Positions 44,872 through 59,661 of a stretch of DNA of 64,000 bases are shown here, one piece after another. The stretch covers positions 13,377,263 to 13,441,262 of the forward strand of contig NC_134028.1 in the NCBI RefSeq assembly GCF_964204645.1, given 5' to 3'. Source of the stretch: Tubulanus polymorphus. Its lineage: Eukaryota > Animalia > Nemertea. Under the pieces are notes generated by a model that was given only the letters and a program-made list of their open reading frames with translations, did not search any database and was not told the origin of the DNA. Position 1 is the first letter of the stretch, and each line of letters opens with the position of its first letter. The position numbers were made by a program, and so were the translations under genes.

Positions 44872-47800
44872 CCGCATTAGATGTGAAACTAGAAAGGATT
44901 CGCCATTGAAATTCATAAATTGACCATCACTGACCACCACTGCCCAAGTGAAACTTCTCAGATATCGTGGTCGAATTCGAAAGTCCTTGTCGTCGTATTG
45001 CTATTTCAAGAAACCAGCAGAAAGTTTTGCTACTGTTTTTGAATGGCGTTGACATGATGGAAATTTATTACCCATAAATGGGTTACACATCTGGATCACA
45101 GCACCTCACTTGCCGCAGTGCGTTATTTTCACTGCATAGTAATGCTAATACATAAACTTTTTTACTACTTGACTCGAATCATCTGAACAGTACTGCGTTT
45201 GAAAACTCAACGAATAGAAAATGTTTGCGGGAAGCGCCTACTAATAAGTTATAATAAGATTAATTAATCGATGCATGAAAAACATTTAAATCACAAGGTG
45301 ACTAACACCCGTCTTTCAACCAATCTGCGCGATACCAATTAATTAAATCATTACACGCATTGGGTTCCTAATATTTGAAATCATGTGATACAATAGTTGT
45401 TCTTTAGACTTGGCCACTTTCATTTCAGAAAACCGCATACTAGACCAGTGGTCACCAAGGCATTAACCATTCCTTCAAGTTTTGAAAATTCGATGGTAAC
45501 GCGGATTCTTCGCCTTTAAAAACTGTTTCGTTAACAGTTTTCTTTATATGAAAAGTGTTCATAGGAATTGAAATTTGGAGTGATATCAGTCACAGCTGTA
45601 ACCCTTTTTCATTGTCAGTTCTTTTTTGGAATTCAAGTAGATCAGTGAAAATATCAATGATGAGGTTCACTTATTATATCAAGTACCGTTTTTACTGTCG
45701 CATGCGAGTCGAAACAAAAAGATCTATCTAACTGCATATCTTCGGGTATAAACTGTGATATCCTTCAGTATGTTATGAATATCTTTAAAAATTTGTGTTC
45801 TAGTGTAATACCCAAAGGTTTAACTATCGGACACAAGATTCGCCATAATCAAAGTTTTTAAGAAAATCGTTCTTCGAGAAAGAAATATCTTTAAAAGAGC
45901 GATTGGCGTCAAACTAATCCATAATGGACTGTTGTGAATTTATTGAATAATCCACCTGAGAAATTTAATGATTTCGAAGCGAAATTTATTCCTATATAAA
46001 TCAAAAATGCATGAATAACTTGACGTTATTTGCGGGTCTCATGAAACACTTTCGTGCGGTCTTTTTAAATCTAAAATAGCATACATACATGCGTGTTTCG
46101 TTATAAACAAGGTTAAATTCCAAACGCACATGAAATATGGAGCCTGTATCACACGATATACACATCTTGAATTTTCTCTAACTACGTAGGCCCTTTCTAA
46201 ATGGGAATTGTTCAGTTTTTTAACGGCCGACATTCGGAGGCACCCAAAAAACTGGTTGTATAGCATTTGAGACTTTCAGTGTAGGGCACATCTCACATCG
46301 ACTCGGCTCGCGGTCGGTGGTTAAATGGGAACACATCTGGTTGTTACTAGTTCAACAGTTGACGAATTCAGAAAACTTTTTTCAAATGTCTTTGATAACT
46401 TTTAAAACATAGTATTCTTCTTAATTACATTTCGCTGATTCCATAGATATTTTTTCATGAAAATTGCTCCAGTTATAACGGATTTAAACATACATGTAAA
46501 ATGATTATTTTCAAAATATTCAATTTTCTCCGATTTTGAAGAAATTCTGACACAATATCATCTCCACTCGACACATGATTTTACTTTGGCGCCTTTGAAG
46601 GGAGTGTCACTTGTTGTTGAGTTCATATTTAGTCAAACAAGAAGATATGCCTGATTCCTTTTTAGAATTTAGATTTCGAAGGATATCATCAAATTGCTAG
46701 AAAGGGACAGCAGCTTTCGGTCATCCGCAAAAAAATACCTAAAATGCTCTCCTAGGGTTATGGAAAAACATGTCACGAAACATACCGAGAATCCTTTGTT
46801 TGGTAGATTGAAATTATTGAACTCTTAAATAGCAACATTCAGAGAAACAAACACATAAGAATATATTCTCGCCCACCCTTGAAAAAAACAACGTGATTTC
46901 AATTGAAGATGACACGTGGCCTCATATCAAATGATATGAACGCAACAGAGCCTATTCATTCTCTTTACGAGGATGGGTCTCCACATTCATAGGATGCGAC
47001 ACGAGATTCGTGGGTACGAATGATGAATACAACTGATAAAGCGCCAATTTCACTGATTCTTGCACATAAAGGTGTTTTAGAGTAATCTAGTTAACAGGCG
47101 TGTTTTAGGAGTATTTTGAATTTAAATTTAAATCGGGGTTCATGACGAATATTGAGCATTCTAGGGCTGGAGCAAGAAACGTGTGGGATCGTCCGCCAAT
47201 GGTATCGCCAAAGAAATAATAAGGAGCCAGTCCGTGGTGGCTATTGAAAGCGACGACCGCATGTGAATGCATTGATTGAATGACATCTCAAAAGTCAGAT
47301 TATATAAAATTGAACATGATATATGGATAGGTTATTCCATATATACTGGTAAAAATGATGCCCAATATGTGATATAAATGTTCAATTAAAAAGTAGAAAC
47401 CGAATCCATAATTCAGTCTGGTATTGTTATAACATCAAACACTCAAATTTAATCCTTTGTTAGATTGGTAGCCAGTGTGTAGATGAGCAAGAATAGTGGT
47501 CCCTAATTTTGAAGTGGACTGTTCAACAAGTTGGAGTTTGCGTAGAGATGAATGAGTTTAAAATGGAGTGGAATTTAGATAATACTGTTTGAATGTCTAT
47601 TACTCAATCTTTTTATTAATCATAAAAAATTGTGGTAAAATATTTCACTCTAGGGTTGGTTTTAGATTGTATCTCTCCATGCCAGAGGTAATCACGGATA
47701 TTGGACTACACAAAATTCCTTGTGTACAGCTCAACTTTTTAAATCCCTGGAAAAGCTCGCCACGGATATATCTCAGTAATGATTAATTTTCCCACAAATT

Positions 47801-49078
47801 CTCCCCTTCGAAAAACCTAAACAACCAATGTACGCTTGGTCTAAGTTTGCCAATGCACTATTGTTACCTTTTCTAGCTATTTGCACCTAGCTGTTTGTCG
47901 CAAATAGATTGCATCCTCTATTACATGAGTAAAGGATAAAGCTCTGGGACCTGTTTCTCAAAAGATAGTTTAAATTAACCATCACCCAACATGATACATG
48001 ACTAAATACACTGAAAAAGATCAACTATGTACACATTTCAAATTTCAAACCATGTTTTATCATTAGAAAATTACGACACAACGTTCGATCTCTCACTAGA
48101 GATAATCTTTTTGAATTTGTACACTGAGTTTTCGTATCGTATTATCGTATTTTCAATTCTCTGCTTTTGAGTCAACAAGTACAAAGTTATTTTAGCAATG
48201 AAAATTTAATTGTCATTATAAATGTTAACTATCCACTGGTAAACTTACTAACTTTTGGCAACTGACCTTAGATCGTGGAATGGTCTCAGGTGGCCTGCTG
48301 ATCCACTCTTTATTTATACTACTAAAGAAATATACAGTTTAAGACGTAATAAGTATATGAACATATTATTTATCTTTATATCGCGATAATTCGTGTACGT
48401 ATGATTGAAAAACGATATTCTATCGAATCTCATGGTACTTATGATTATTGTGTATATAATCAATAATTAGCAACCCTCCACGGATACGAAGCAGCCTAAG
48501 TTTACATCCTACCAAAATTATCCTCGAAACTATCAGCATTATTTCAAGGGTCGGTCTTAGAAAATATATGAAGGACGTGTTCACAGGTTAACGAGGCCAA
48601 AAATCTTCCCCAAAATTTCAAATTTTTACAAGCAAAGATAATATACTTCATGCTTTTGGTGCAGAAAAAAATACATGTCCACAAAATGCAAATTGTGTTT
48701 TCAAAGTAAACAATTGAATGTGGAATTGTTTCGAATTCAAGGTTTTCCCATTAACACTCGGGTATTTTTCATTAAGATAAGTCAAACTATTGTTGTGATG
48801 GCCAGTTGAATACTTCATCATTGAAAGATATGTTATACTTAATGCATCTTTTCTTAGGCCTTACAGCTTTCTCTGTTGGTTAGCGTTGTGATCACTCAAA
48901 ATTAACCATAAGTTTGAATTCTCACTGATCTACTACATCTCTATAACAAAAATATATTTCATATCAGGCAATTAGCTTTGATCTGTGTTCAGTGGACAGC
49001 AGCTACGAAACATTTAAAACTACTACATTATCATTCCATCTATTCATGTATATATAATATGATATGATATCTTCTTTA

Positions 49079-51289
49079 TTCAGTTTAAAAGTCTTGATCG
49101 TAAAAGTTTGACAAGTCTCGCATGTTGGTACCGATACGCACGTTCACGCGAGTGAAATGTGCACGTTACAGGCTCAAATGCGCACGTTACAATTACAAAT
49201 GGAAACGTTGTTCGTTCAAAACCCTACGAAAAAACCTTATGCATTTTAGCGGAATTTCAATGTTAGCTCGCTACCTACAACAAAAATCGGACAAGACTTT
49301 TTCAAGCGACAAATTTAAATGTAAGAGCTAGTAGTACTAACGAAGGATTCACTAAACATATAAATTACTTATGGGGGTTCTGGTTAGCACTGGTAACTGG
49401 TCTGTACTGGTCAAGCATTGGTCAGTTAAACAATTTTTAGATTAATGCCCACATCATATCTAGTTATTTGACACCAAACAACTTAATTGTTTGCAAACAA
49501 ATAATTTACTATATGGTCAGTACTGGTCATGCATTGGTCAGTTAAAAGACCATGGTCCACGCCACATTTGATACCAAACATGATTGGATTGTGTCGTTTC
49601 GAAAATTTATCTGTTGGGCAATTTGTGGTCAGCCCTGGTTCGTTAGGTTCTTATTTTGCGGGCATTTTATCTCGAACCACCGAAAGACCGAATCACTAAT
49701 TAATTCACCAGATCGTTAATTGCTGAAAATGAAGATTAGTGTTTAACTAATAGTCCTTGTCTGAACAAAATGTCTCTAGTATGGGTCCAATGGAATCATG
49801 TCCTTAACTGTACACCGTACTGTATCTTTGTACTGTATCTTTTTATGTTCACTACTACCGTAATTGACTATGATGTTTTCAAGTGGTCTTAAGTACCGCT
49901 AATAGCCGAAAGTCTTTGATTTATGTGAAATTTACATACAGCGCCACCCGTTGATAGTAAAACTAACCCGAGCAATACGGGTGTTAAATAGATACGCTAG
50001 CAAACCGGCATTCTCATAATGAGTCTAGAGAGGCCAATGAACTCCGGTTTGCTGAACTACCCCTCTTGCGGAGATGCGGTATGATGTTTGATCTGACAGT
50101 TTCAAGTGGTTAATGATTTAGTGGTTCTGACCAATTGAGATATCCCCGAGTCTGAACACTTGACTTCGAATTTCTGAAATTTTTCAAGTCATGTTTGTTT
50201 TCAAACTACTAGAGGAATCATTGCAAATTCATAAACTGACCATCACTGACCAATTCAAACTTCTCGAATATAAGAACGATATACCGGTACCGCATTTGGT
50301 GTGAAACTAGAAAGGATTCGCCATTAAAATTCATAAATTGACCATCCATTATGAGAATGCCGGTTTGCTAGCTTATCTATTTAACACCCGTATTGCTCGG
50401 GTTAGTTTTACTATCAACGGGTGGCGCTGTATGTAAATTTCACATAAATCAACGATTTTCGGCTATTAGCGGTACTTAAGACCACTTGAAAACATCATAG
50501 TCAATTACGGTAGTAGTGAACATAAAAAGATACAGTACAAAGATACAGTACGGTGTACAGTTAAGGACATGATTCCATAGCGCCCATACCAGAGACATTT
50601 TGTTCAGACAAGGACTATTAGTTAAACACTAATCTTCATTATCAGCAATAAACGATCTGGTGAATTAATTAGTGATTCGGTCTTTCGGTGGTTCGAGATA
50701 AAATGCCCGCAAAATAAGAACCTAACGAACCAGGGCTGACCACAAATTGCCCAACAGATAAATTTTCGAAACGACACAATCCAATCATGTTTGGTATCAA
50801 ATGTGGCGTGGACCATGGTCTTTTAACTGACCAATGCATGACCAGTACTGACCATAGAGTAAATTATTTTTTTGCAAACAATTAAGTTGTTTGGTGTCAA
50901 ATAACTAGATATGATGTGGGCATTAATCTAAAAATTGTTGAACTGACCAATGCTTGACCAGTACAGACCAGTTACCAGTGCTAACCAGAACCCCCATAAG
51001 TAATTTATATGTTTAGTGAATCCTTCGTTAGTACTACTAGCTCTTACATTTAAATGTGTCGCTTGAAAAAGTCTTGTCCGATTTTTGTTGTAGGTAGCGA
51101 GCTAACTTTGAAATTCCGCTAAAATGCATACGATTTTTACGTAGGGTTTTGAACGAACAACGTTTCCATTTGTAATTGTAACGTGCGCATTTGAGCCTGT
51201 AACGTGCACATTTCACTCGCGTGAACGTGCATATCGGTACCAACATGCGAGACTTGTCAAACTTTTACGATCAAGACTTTTAAACTGAA
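49079..51289. repeat. Long inverted repeat: arms 49079-50021 and 50347-51289, ~325-bp spacer
   Basis: ttcagtttaaaagtcttgatcg... versus ...cgatcaagacttttaaactgaa; mirrored ORFs 49122(+) and 51246(-). Confidence 0.95.
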
Positions 51290-51562
51290 CAGTAATAGGG
51301 GTAATGGGCTTTCAGATCAAAGGTCGAACGGTCGAGCTCATTAAAAAACAAATAATAATAATATTCAACTGAAATACACACGGTTATGAAAATATATTAT
51401 AGTTTTAAATTACTTTTAATATTTGTTATTAATGAACTCGACCATTCAACCTTTAACCCGAAAGCCCATTACCCCTATTACTCTTAAAATAATCATATAA
51501 ATGAATAACATTTAAATCATTGAACTTCTAAAATCAATTTTAATAAAAATTTTATTATTAAA

Positions 51563-54500
51563 ATGGAAGCAAATAAGTACTACTGTCCAACATGTAAAAT
51601 CAATATAGATAAATCCCAAAAAGCAAGACATAATCAAACTAAAACACATTTAGAGAATAAATTGAAACTAGAATATAAAGATGATATATTAGAAACTAAA
51701 TTAGATGAATTAAAGAATGAAAAAGAAACATACAAATGTGATACATGTAATCAATCATTTAGTGATAAAAGATATTATAAAGAACATTTAAAATCTATAA
51801 GTCATATTAGAAATAAGAATAATGATATTTTAGGTGAAGATTATTTTGATAAAGATAATGATAAGAAACAGAAGACAATTGAAAGCATAAAAAATAAATT
51901 AAACAATAAAAGACCATACATGGAAGATGTAAGAAAATATATTATTTCATTAGATAATAAAAAAGATATTGAGATAACCGAAGCATTTAAAAGTGATATT
52001 GGTCCAGCAGCTATCGAGTTTAAATTTCATAAAGGAAAAACATTAGAAGAAAATAAAAAACATTTAGAAAATATGAAAGAAATAATAAAAATAATTACAG
52101 ATGTTGAATATCCTAAAATTAGTATATCTTCTAAAGTTAAATTCATAAAATCTGAAGATAAACCAATATATAATATAAATTCTCATTCACAACATATTAT
52201 TTCAAAACAACATATAGATGATAAATTAGATAAATGTTATAATGAAGTAAAAACTAAAATAGAAGAAAAATATTTTGAAGGATCTGGTTTAATATTTGAT
52301 GAGATAATATTTATGACTTTACATGTTTATAACACAAAATATAATAAATTAACTAAATCAAAACCAATTGATGAAAATAATTTATCATATTATAAAGATG
52401 ATAGTATAAATGGAACAAGTTATATTAAACTACCATTTAAAACTAATGCTGTAATAAATGCACAAAATTTTGATGATAAATGTTTTCTATGGACTATAAT
52501 AAGTTGTTTACATCCTGCAACTTATAATATTTGTAGATTAACTCATTATAAACCATTTGAAAATAATTATAAGGTAAGTATCCTGTTAGAATTAAAAACA
52601 TCCCAAAAATAGAAAGAGATAATAATATAAAGATAAATGTATTTGATTTAATCAAATTACCGAATACAAAAGGTAACAATATAAAACATTATACATTAGA
52701 ACCTTTATACCTATCAAAAGATTATGATTCAAACGATGTTACAGATATACTATATTATGAGAATCATTATATGTGGATTAAACAAATCGATTTATTTTTC
52801 AAATCAGAAAATGATCACCATAAAATATATCTTTGTAGAAAATGTTTACATAGATTCAGTAATGAAAGTACATTATTAAATCATAAACAATTATGTGAAA
52901 ATCATGATTATTGTAAATTAGTTTTACCAAATGAAAAGGATAAAATATTAGAATTAAAAAAATATGATTACAAAAATAAAGTACCATTTGTTATATATGG
53001 AGATTTTGAATCATTAAATAAAGAACTAACTGATCAAGATAGAAAAGAAATACATTATAAAAGAAAGAAATTAAATTCTAATGAAAATGATTTTTCAGAT
53101 GAACCACCAAAAACAAATACTATTAAAAAGATTCATCAATCAGCTGCTGCTTTCGGGTTATATATTAAATCTGATTATCCAGAACTAATTAAAAGTGAAT
53201 ATTATGATTATAGAAATGAAAATGTTATCAATCATTTTTGTGACTTATTAATTGAATATGAAATAAGATTTAGTAAATTATTGAATACAAATATAGAAAT
53301 TATAATGACAGAAGAAGATAAAGAAGAATTTGTGTTTTCAGGTAAATGTTATTATTGTGAAAAGATATTTAATTATAGAGATAAAAAAGTAAGAGACCAT
53401 GATCATTTGAACGGAAAGTTTAGAGGCGCTGCACATGAGAATTGTAACTTACAAGCTAAGAAAATTAACTTTGTACCAGTTATATTTCATAATCTATCTG
53501 GATATGATGCACATTTATTTATCAAACAGTTATGCTATGAAATAGAAGAAATCAATAATGAAATAGAAATATTAAATTCAAATAGATCAAAAGATAAAAT
53601 ACCAACTTATAAATTTAGAATGTTAGCTAAAACATCTGAGAATTATATATCATTCCAATTTGGTTGCCTAAGATTTATAGATTCATATAGATTTTTAAAT
53701 AGTTCATTAGATAACTTATCAAAATCATTAGTTGATGATGAATTGAAAATATTAAAACAACACTATCCAAATAATGATGATTTTCAATTAATGAGATATA
53801 AAGGAGCAATTCCATATTCTTTCTATAACAATCATAATGATTTTAACATAACTGAATTATTAAAAGAACAATTCTATGATGAATTAAAAAATGAATATGT
53901 TAAAGATGAAGTCTATAATAGAACATTGAATATTTGGAATCATTTCAAAATAGAAAATCATGGGCAATTAGTAGATTTATATTTAAAATCAGATGTATTA
54001 TTATTAACCGATATATTCGAAAGGTTTAGAGATGTAAACCTAAAATATTTTAACATTGATCCTTGTCATTGTTATTCATCACCAGGATTAACATGGGATT
54101 GTGGATTAAAATTTACAAATATAAAAATGGATTTGTTAACAAATATAGATCAATTACTATTATTTGAAAAATCTATAAGAGGAGGAGTTTCAGGTGTATT
54201 AGGTGATAGATATTTCAATGTAAATGATAACCCTGGATATAAGTTATTATATATAGATGCAAATAATTTGTATGGTTGGGCAATGATGGAACCACAATCT
54301 TATGGAGTATTTGAAATAAGTGAAGTTTTACAGAATGAAAATAATGATAAATTTGATTGGAAGAAAAGAATCCTAGATATTACAGATGATTCAGATACTG
54401 GTTACTTCTTTGTTGTAGACTTGGAATATCCTGAACATATTAAATTTAAATCTAGAAATCTAGCATACTGTCCCGAACATAAAACTGTAACTCATGAAGA

Positions 54501-55590
54501 ATTATCAAATTATCAAAAAAGAATTAAACCCGAAAATCATATTCATACAGAAAAGTTAATGGTAACTCAAGAAGATAAATATAATTATGTAGTACATTAT
54601 AGAATGTTAAAGTTTTATTTGAATCAAGGAATGGTTCTAAAAAAAGTACATAGATATATTTCATTTAGTCAATCTAAGTGGTTGGAAAAATATATAGATT
54701 TTAACACCAAACAGAGAACTAAAGCTAAAACTGATTTCGAAAAAGATTTCTTCAAGTTAATGAATAATGCATTCTATGGTAAGACTTGTGAAAATATTAG
54801 AAATAGAAATGATATTGAGTTAGTCAGTAATGGTAAAAGAATTAGACATTTACAAACATATCCTAAGTTCATTGGTAACAGAATATTCGATGAAAATTTA
54901 GCCGCAGTTAAGATGAGAAGAACATCAATGAAATTTAATAAACCAATCTATGTTGGCGCTTCAGTTTTAGAATTATCAAAATTACTAATGTATGAATTCT
55001 ATTATAATGTATTACAACCACTTTTTTGAGAAAAACATATAGAAATATTATATTTTGATACAGTTTCTTACATATTAAAGATAAAAACTGATAACATAAC
55101 TGATGATTTAAAAACATTAAAACATCATTTTGATTTTAGTAACTATCCTAAAAATCATGAATTGTTTAGCAATGATAATAAAAAAGTTCCCGGTAAATTC
55201 AAAGATGAATTAGGCGGTGAAGAAATGATTGAATTCATTGGTATTAGATCTAAAATGTATTCATATAAAACTAAAACTCATGAAGCTAAAAAGTTAAAAG
55301 GAAGAACCAAAAGTGTAGTAGAAAAGAATATTCATTTCAAAGATTACATCAATTGTATATTCAATGAAGAAGTTAGAAAACATAAGATGAGATGTTTAAG
55401 ATCTGAAGATCATGAAATGTTTATTGAAGAAATTGAAAAGATAAGTCTAAACCCATTTGATGATAAAAGATATATTTTAGATGATGGAATTCATACAGTT
55501 GCTTATGGTTGTAATTTAGATGAATACTTAAAATTTAAAAGAGAAGAAACAAAAGAGAACGAGATTATGAAAAGAATTCTAACGTGTTAA
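51563..55590 (+). pseudogene. polB: pPolB, frameshifts at ~52573 and ~55025
   Basis: Colinear with 23612-27648; DANNLYGWAM and KLMNNAFYGK present; motif C reads DTVS. Confidence 0.93.
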
Positions 55591-55619
55591 TCAAATTTTA
55601 ATAAAAATATGTTATTAAA

Positions 55620-55973
55620 ATGGAGAGTAAACAAGCGCACAGTGAGAACAACAAATTATTTCTAGATAGAATAAAAGATACTACAAATGTAAAATCTGTA
55701 GATTATAAATTCAAAAAGTTAACAGAATTAACAATCCATAAGAAATATCTAATTACAAATATTGATACAGTTACTATTAACTATGGAGATAAATTAGTTA
55801 TACACTTAGAATATGAAGGATTAAAAGGAAATACATATAAATTCAGAACATATTTACCGGATAGATTTCATAGATTATCAAGTGAAGATCTAGAAGAATT
55901 ATGTTCTGGTGATTTCTATTTCATATACAAAGGTAAGAATGAAAAAGGGCACCATGAAATAGATTTCGAATGA
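55620..55973 (+). CDS. Homologue of the 113-aa putative ssDNA-binding protein
   Basis: High similarity to 27677-28018. Confidence 0.7.
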   Translation: MESKQAHSENNKLFLDRIKDTTNVKSVDYKFKKLTELTIHKKYLITNIDTVTINYGDKLVIHLEYEGLKGNTYKFRTYLPDRFHRLSSEDLEELCSGDFYFIYKGKNEKGHHEIDFE

Positions 55974-55990
55974 GAAAATATGTAAAATAA

Positions 55991-56750
55991 ATCGTAGAAT
56001 TAAAAGAATACAGAATATTTGTTGATTCTAGAAGGCTTACAAATTATAAATCTCATAATTTACTAGTACAATTAGATAGAGAATTTAAGAATTGTGTAGA
56101 TTTAAAATTAGTTAATATAAGTTTATGTAATTCTTTTTACAATATATCGAATAAAACTATTGAACATAGAGCTTTTTTAATTTTTAATAAAAATAAAAAT
56201 GAATGGGCCTATATATATATTTAAAACCGGGGTTATATAATTTAGATCCATTGGCACAAGAAATTAATAGAAAAGCCTGGCACATGTCAGGTAATAATTC
56301 CGGGTTTAATATTAGATTTTTAAAAAGTGAGAGTACTGACAAAATAAAGATAAGGTTGTCTGATAGTGAAAAACATGCATTTATGGTAAAAAAACCTATA
56401 GCTAAACTGTTAGGAATTCCTCCAGATAAATCTTTTACAAATATTGATGCTACACCAAACTTAATACCTTTTACACACTTTTATATTTATTGCAATTTAA
56501 TCGATCCTACAAAAACATTCGAAGGAACTAAAGATATAACTTGTAATTCTGGTTTACTAAACATTTTACCATTGAAGAATGTTAAAGAATTTGGAACGCA
56601 AATAAATTATAATTTAACAGAATGTGATTTCAAACCATGCATTCCTCGTTTTAATAATTTTAGATTAGAATTAGAAATCACAATGGATACTTAATTGATT
56701 TAAATAATTTCCCCGTAATTTATGAATTAGTTGTAAGATGTAGAGAGTAA
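55991..56750 (+). pseudogene. Penton-like minor capsid protein (start ATG>ATC, frameshifts)
   Basis: Colinear with 28036-28789. Confidence 0.75.
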
Positions 56751-57109
56751 TTTTTTTCACTATATAAATGAATATAACTGTTGGACCGAGTATATGTTTT
56801 GGGTTTGATTTTAAACATGGTAAAGAAATGAGAATTAAACTAAATGATGTAATTACTGATATAAAAAGTAAATCATTTAACTATACAACAATGATTAATA
56901 AAGAAAATTATAATATATAAAAAGTAATTGATTTAATTAAATCACCTTTAGAATATTATGAATTAAATGAAGATGGAATTATTGATGATATTAAAAACAT
57001 ATTAACCAAAATATATGATAATCATAAAAGTTGTAATGAAATAAATGTTGAATTAATCATAAATAAGTTAACTAAATATTTTGATGATAGTTATTTTTTT
57101 GATAATTAA

Positions 57110-57331
57110 ATGAGTGATAATAAGTGGATAATAACTGGATTATATAATGGAGCATTACTATCAGTTGGAACTGTTGGTTATTCAATGGTATTAAAAAAAG
57201 TATTCAAAATGGGAAGTGTTAATGTTGATAGATTTGATATAAATGATATTTTAAAATTAACGTTAGCAGTTACTTTATCTAATTTAACTATTGATTATTT
57301 AGAAAAACAAAAATATATTCCTCCCATATAA
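57110..57331 (+). CDS. Small hydrophobic protein (73 aa)
   Basis: Homologue of 29154-29375. Confidence 0.75.
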   Translation: MSDNKWIITGLYNGALLSVGTVGYSMVLKKVFKMGSVNVDRFDINDILKLTLAVTLSNLTIDYLEKQKYIPPI

Positions 57332-57355
57332 ATGCGTAATTATTTTACTAAATAA

Positions 57356-57778
57356 ATGGCTTCTGCAATTATAACTATTATAGGATCGGCAATTGTTAAC
57401 GCTTTAGCATTTACTGGTGGCGGTTATTTATTTAAGCATATTGATAAAAATAGTTCATTAGGAGAACAAGGAAGACATAACTTAGCATTAGAGAAATACA
57501 ATAAAGCTGCAGAAGAATATAGAGAAAAGAGACAAAACTATATGGATTACATCAATAAAGAATTATATGATCAGAAGATTTCACATAGAGATTTTCAATC
57601 AGTTGATGATGCAATGAGTTTATATAACGCGGTAACCAATAAAGAAAAATTACATCTATACAAACCTAAATTATCAGATTATTATACCCCGAGTAAAGAA
57701 CAACAGAAATATGAAATAGTATGGATTTTAGGTGGAACAGTTATTGTTATATTTGTTGCTTATAAGTTTACTAATTAA
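57356..57778 (+). CDS. Membrane protein (140 aa)
   Basis: Intact version of 29401-29821. Confidence 0.75.
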   Translation: MASAIITIIGSAIVNALAFTGGGYLFKHIDKNSSLGEQGRHNLALEKYNKAAEEYREKRQNYMDYINKELYDQKISHRDFQSVDDAMSLYNAVTNKEKLHLYKPKLSDYYTPSKEQQKYEIVWILGGTVIVIFVAYKFTN

Positions 57779-57798
57779 TTATTTTTTTTGTTAAATAA

Positions 57799-58240
57799 AT
57801 GGAAGTTAAAGTTGATAATATTGATATTATTCCTCATGATATAGATAAAACTAAATTAAAAATATATTTAGAAAAACAAATATTAGAATTTGAAAGTGAT
57901 TTAAAAGTTAAAAAGAAAAAATATTTAAAATCTAAAATTATATATTATTTGATTATAAGTGGTTCGGTTACAATTAGTTCTGTAATAACATTTTTAGCAA
58001 TATTCAGCCCATTAACACCTTTAGCTATATCAATTGGTGTGTTAGGATTAAGTTCAAGTGTTTTAACCGGTATAAGTTCAAAATTAAATATAAAAAGTAA
58101 TAAAGAAAAAATTAAAACTAATATAAAAGAAATTAATAAATTAAAGAACACACTAGATTATATCTTATGATATAAGTTTAAATGGTCATATAACAGTTGA
58201 AGAACAAGATAAATTATTAAAAGAATTAATAAATTATTAA
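57799..58240 (+). pseudogene. Two-TM protein, truncated by a small insertion at ~58165
   Basis: Homologue of 29841-30275. Confidence 0.7.
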
Positions 58241-58256
58241 TTTTTTAATTATATAA

Positions 58257-59645
58257 ATGGCAGATAGTTTTCCAAAAGCTTTCCAATATAATAAATCAAT
58301 TAAATATAATATTCCAGCAATAGATTTTAATAAAGATATAACATATAGAAATCAAGTTTTAGATTCATTAACTAATTTAGAAATTTATGTTACTGAAACT
58401 AATAATTTTAATGCAAAGATGGAAAATATATTTCATATATATTTAATTAATTTTAAAAAATTGAAAGATGAAAAACAATGGTTATTAAAATCTAATATGA
58501 AGTATTGGCAGAACCAATTAAATTTTGCTGTTTATTTTGCAACAACAGGTTGTGGAATTAGTTGGAATGATCATTTGAATAATTCTAAATATAAACTAAT
58601 TCAAAGTTTATTTAGATTTCATACATACTTTCAAATCAGAATAATATTAAATGAATTAGAGTGCGCTTTACCAGGATCAAGATATTTTAAAGAATTAGAT
58701 AATAATATTAATTTATCAAAGTTTTATAAAATTTGTAATGAATTTAATATAGATATAAATAATTCTGATTTTAGAATAAAAATTGGAACAATAAGATCAC
58801 TTCCTTGCCCTAAAAAGATTGCAGAATATTGCGCACTTCCCATACCATCTAATAGTTTTTATAATATCTATAATAATAAATTAGGTTATGGTAAAATAGA
58901 AACTAAGGATTTAGAAACATTAAATTTCAATAAATTACCGAAATTTTATGATCATTTAAAACAAGAAAACAATAATGGTTGGGTTTATTTTATTTTAGAA
59001 AATAGTGAAGGTTTTACTAAATCAGGTATACAAAGAATAAATCAAGCTATTAGAACTTATTTGATATGTATTTTAGGTGCGCAAGTTGAAACAAGATCAC
59101 CGATAATTGGAAATTTGAATACATCATTTGATACACAAAAACAATTTAAAGTTTTATTTGAAGATTCCATACATAATGATAAAAATAGATCGATTCCAGA
59201 AAACATTATAAGATATCAAGATTATTTAGATAAATCTCATGTAAGACTTAATTATTGTATAGGCCCTAATCTATTAATTATTTCTAATGATTTAGTATTA
59301 AAGATGGGAAACATAATTGGTTATAATAATCTAATTGCAACTGCAACAATAAATAATTCATTTGGATTGAATGATATAAATAAAAAGATTATTACTACTC
59401 CAAAATTAATGGAAGGTGAAAAAAATAAAAAACACATTTAATCAACAGAAACTAAAACTAATAATATTAAATTAAATATTGATTCTAAAATAAAAGATTA
59501 CAATACATCAGAAGATATAAAAACTGATAATATTCAACATGATATAATTAAACTAAATAATAATAATAAATCCCATGAAAATACTAAATTAGCTATAACT
59601 TCTATAGGAATTGTAATCGCAGGAATATTATATTTTAAATTTTAA
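58257..59645 (+). pseudogene. Conserved Polinton protein with C-terminal TM; premature stop at 59439
   Basis: Homologue of 30292-31593 with a different central insert. Confidence 0.75.
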
Positions 59646-59661
59646 TTTTTTTATCATGTAA

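Noticed and set aside
47946-48270. Harbinger-like MITE (ggacctgtttctcaaaag...cttttggcaactgacc)
   Set aside because: TIR match too degenerate and TSD unclear.
49122-49331. Duplicated 69-aa ORF (with 51037-51246)
   Set aside because: Explained by the inverted repeat; no recognisable domain.
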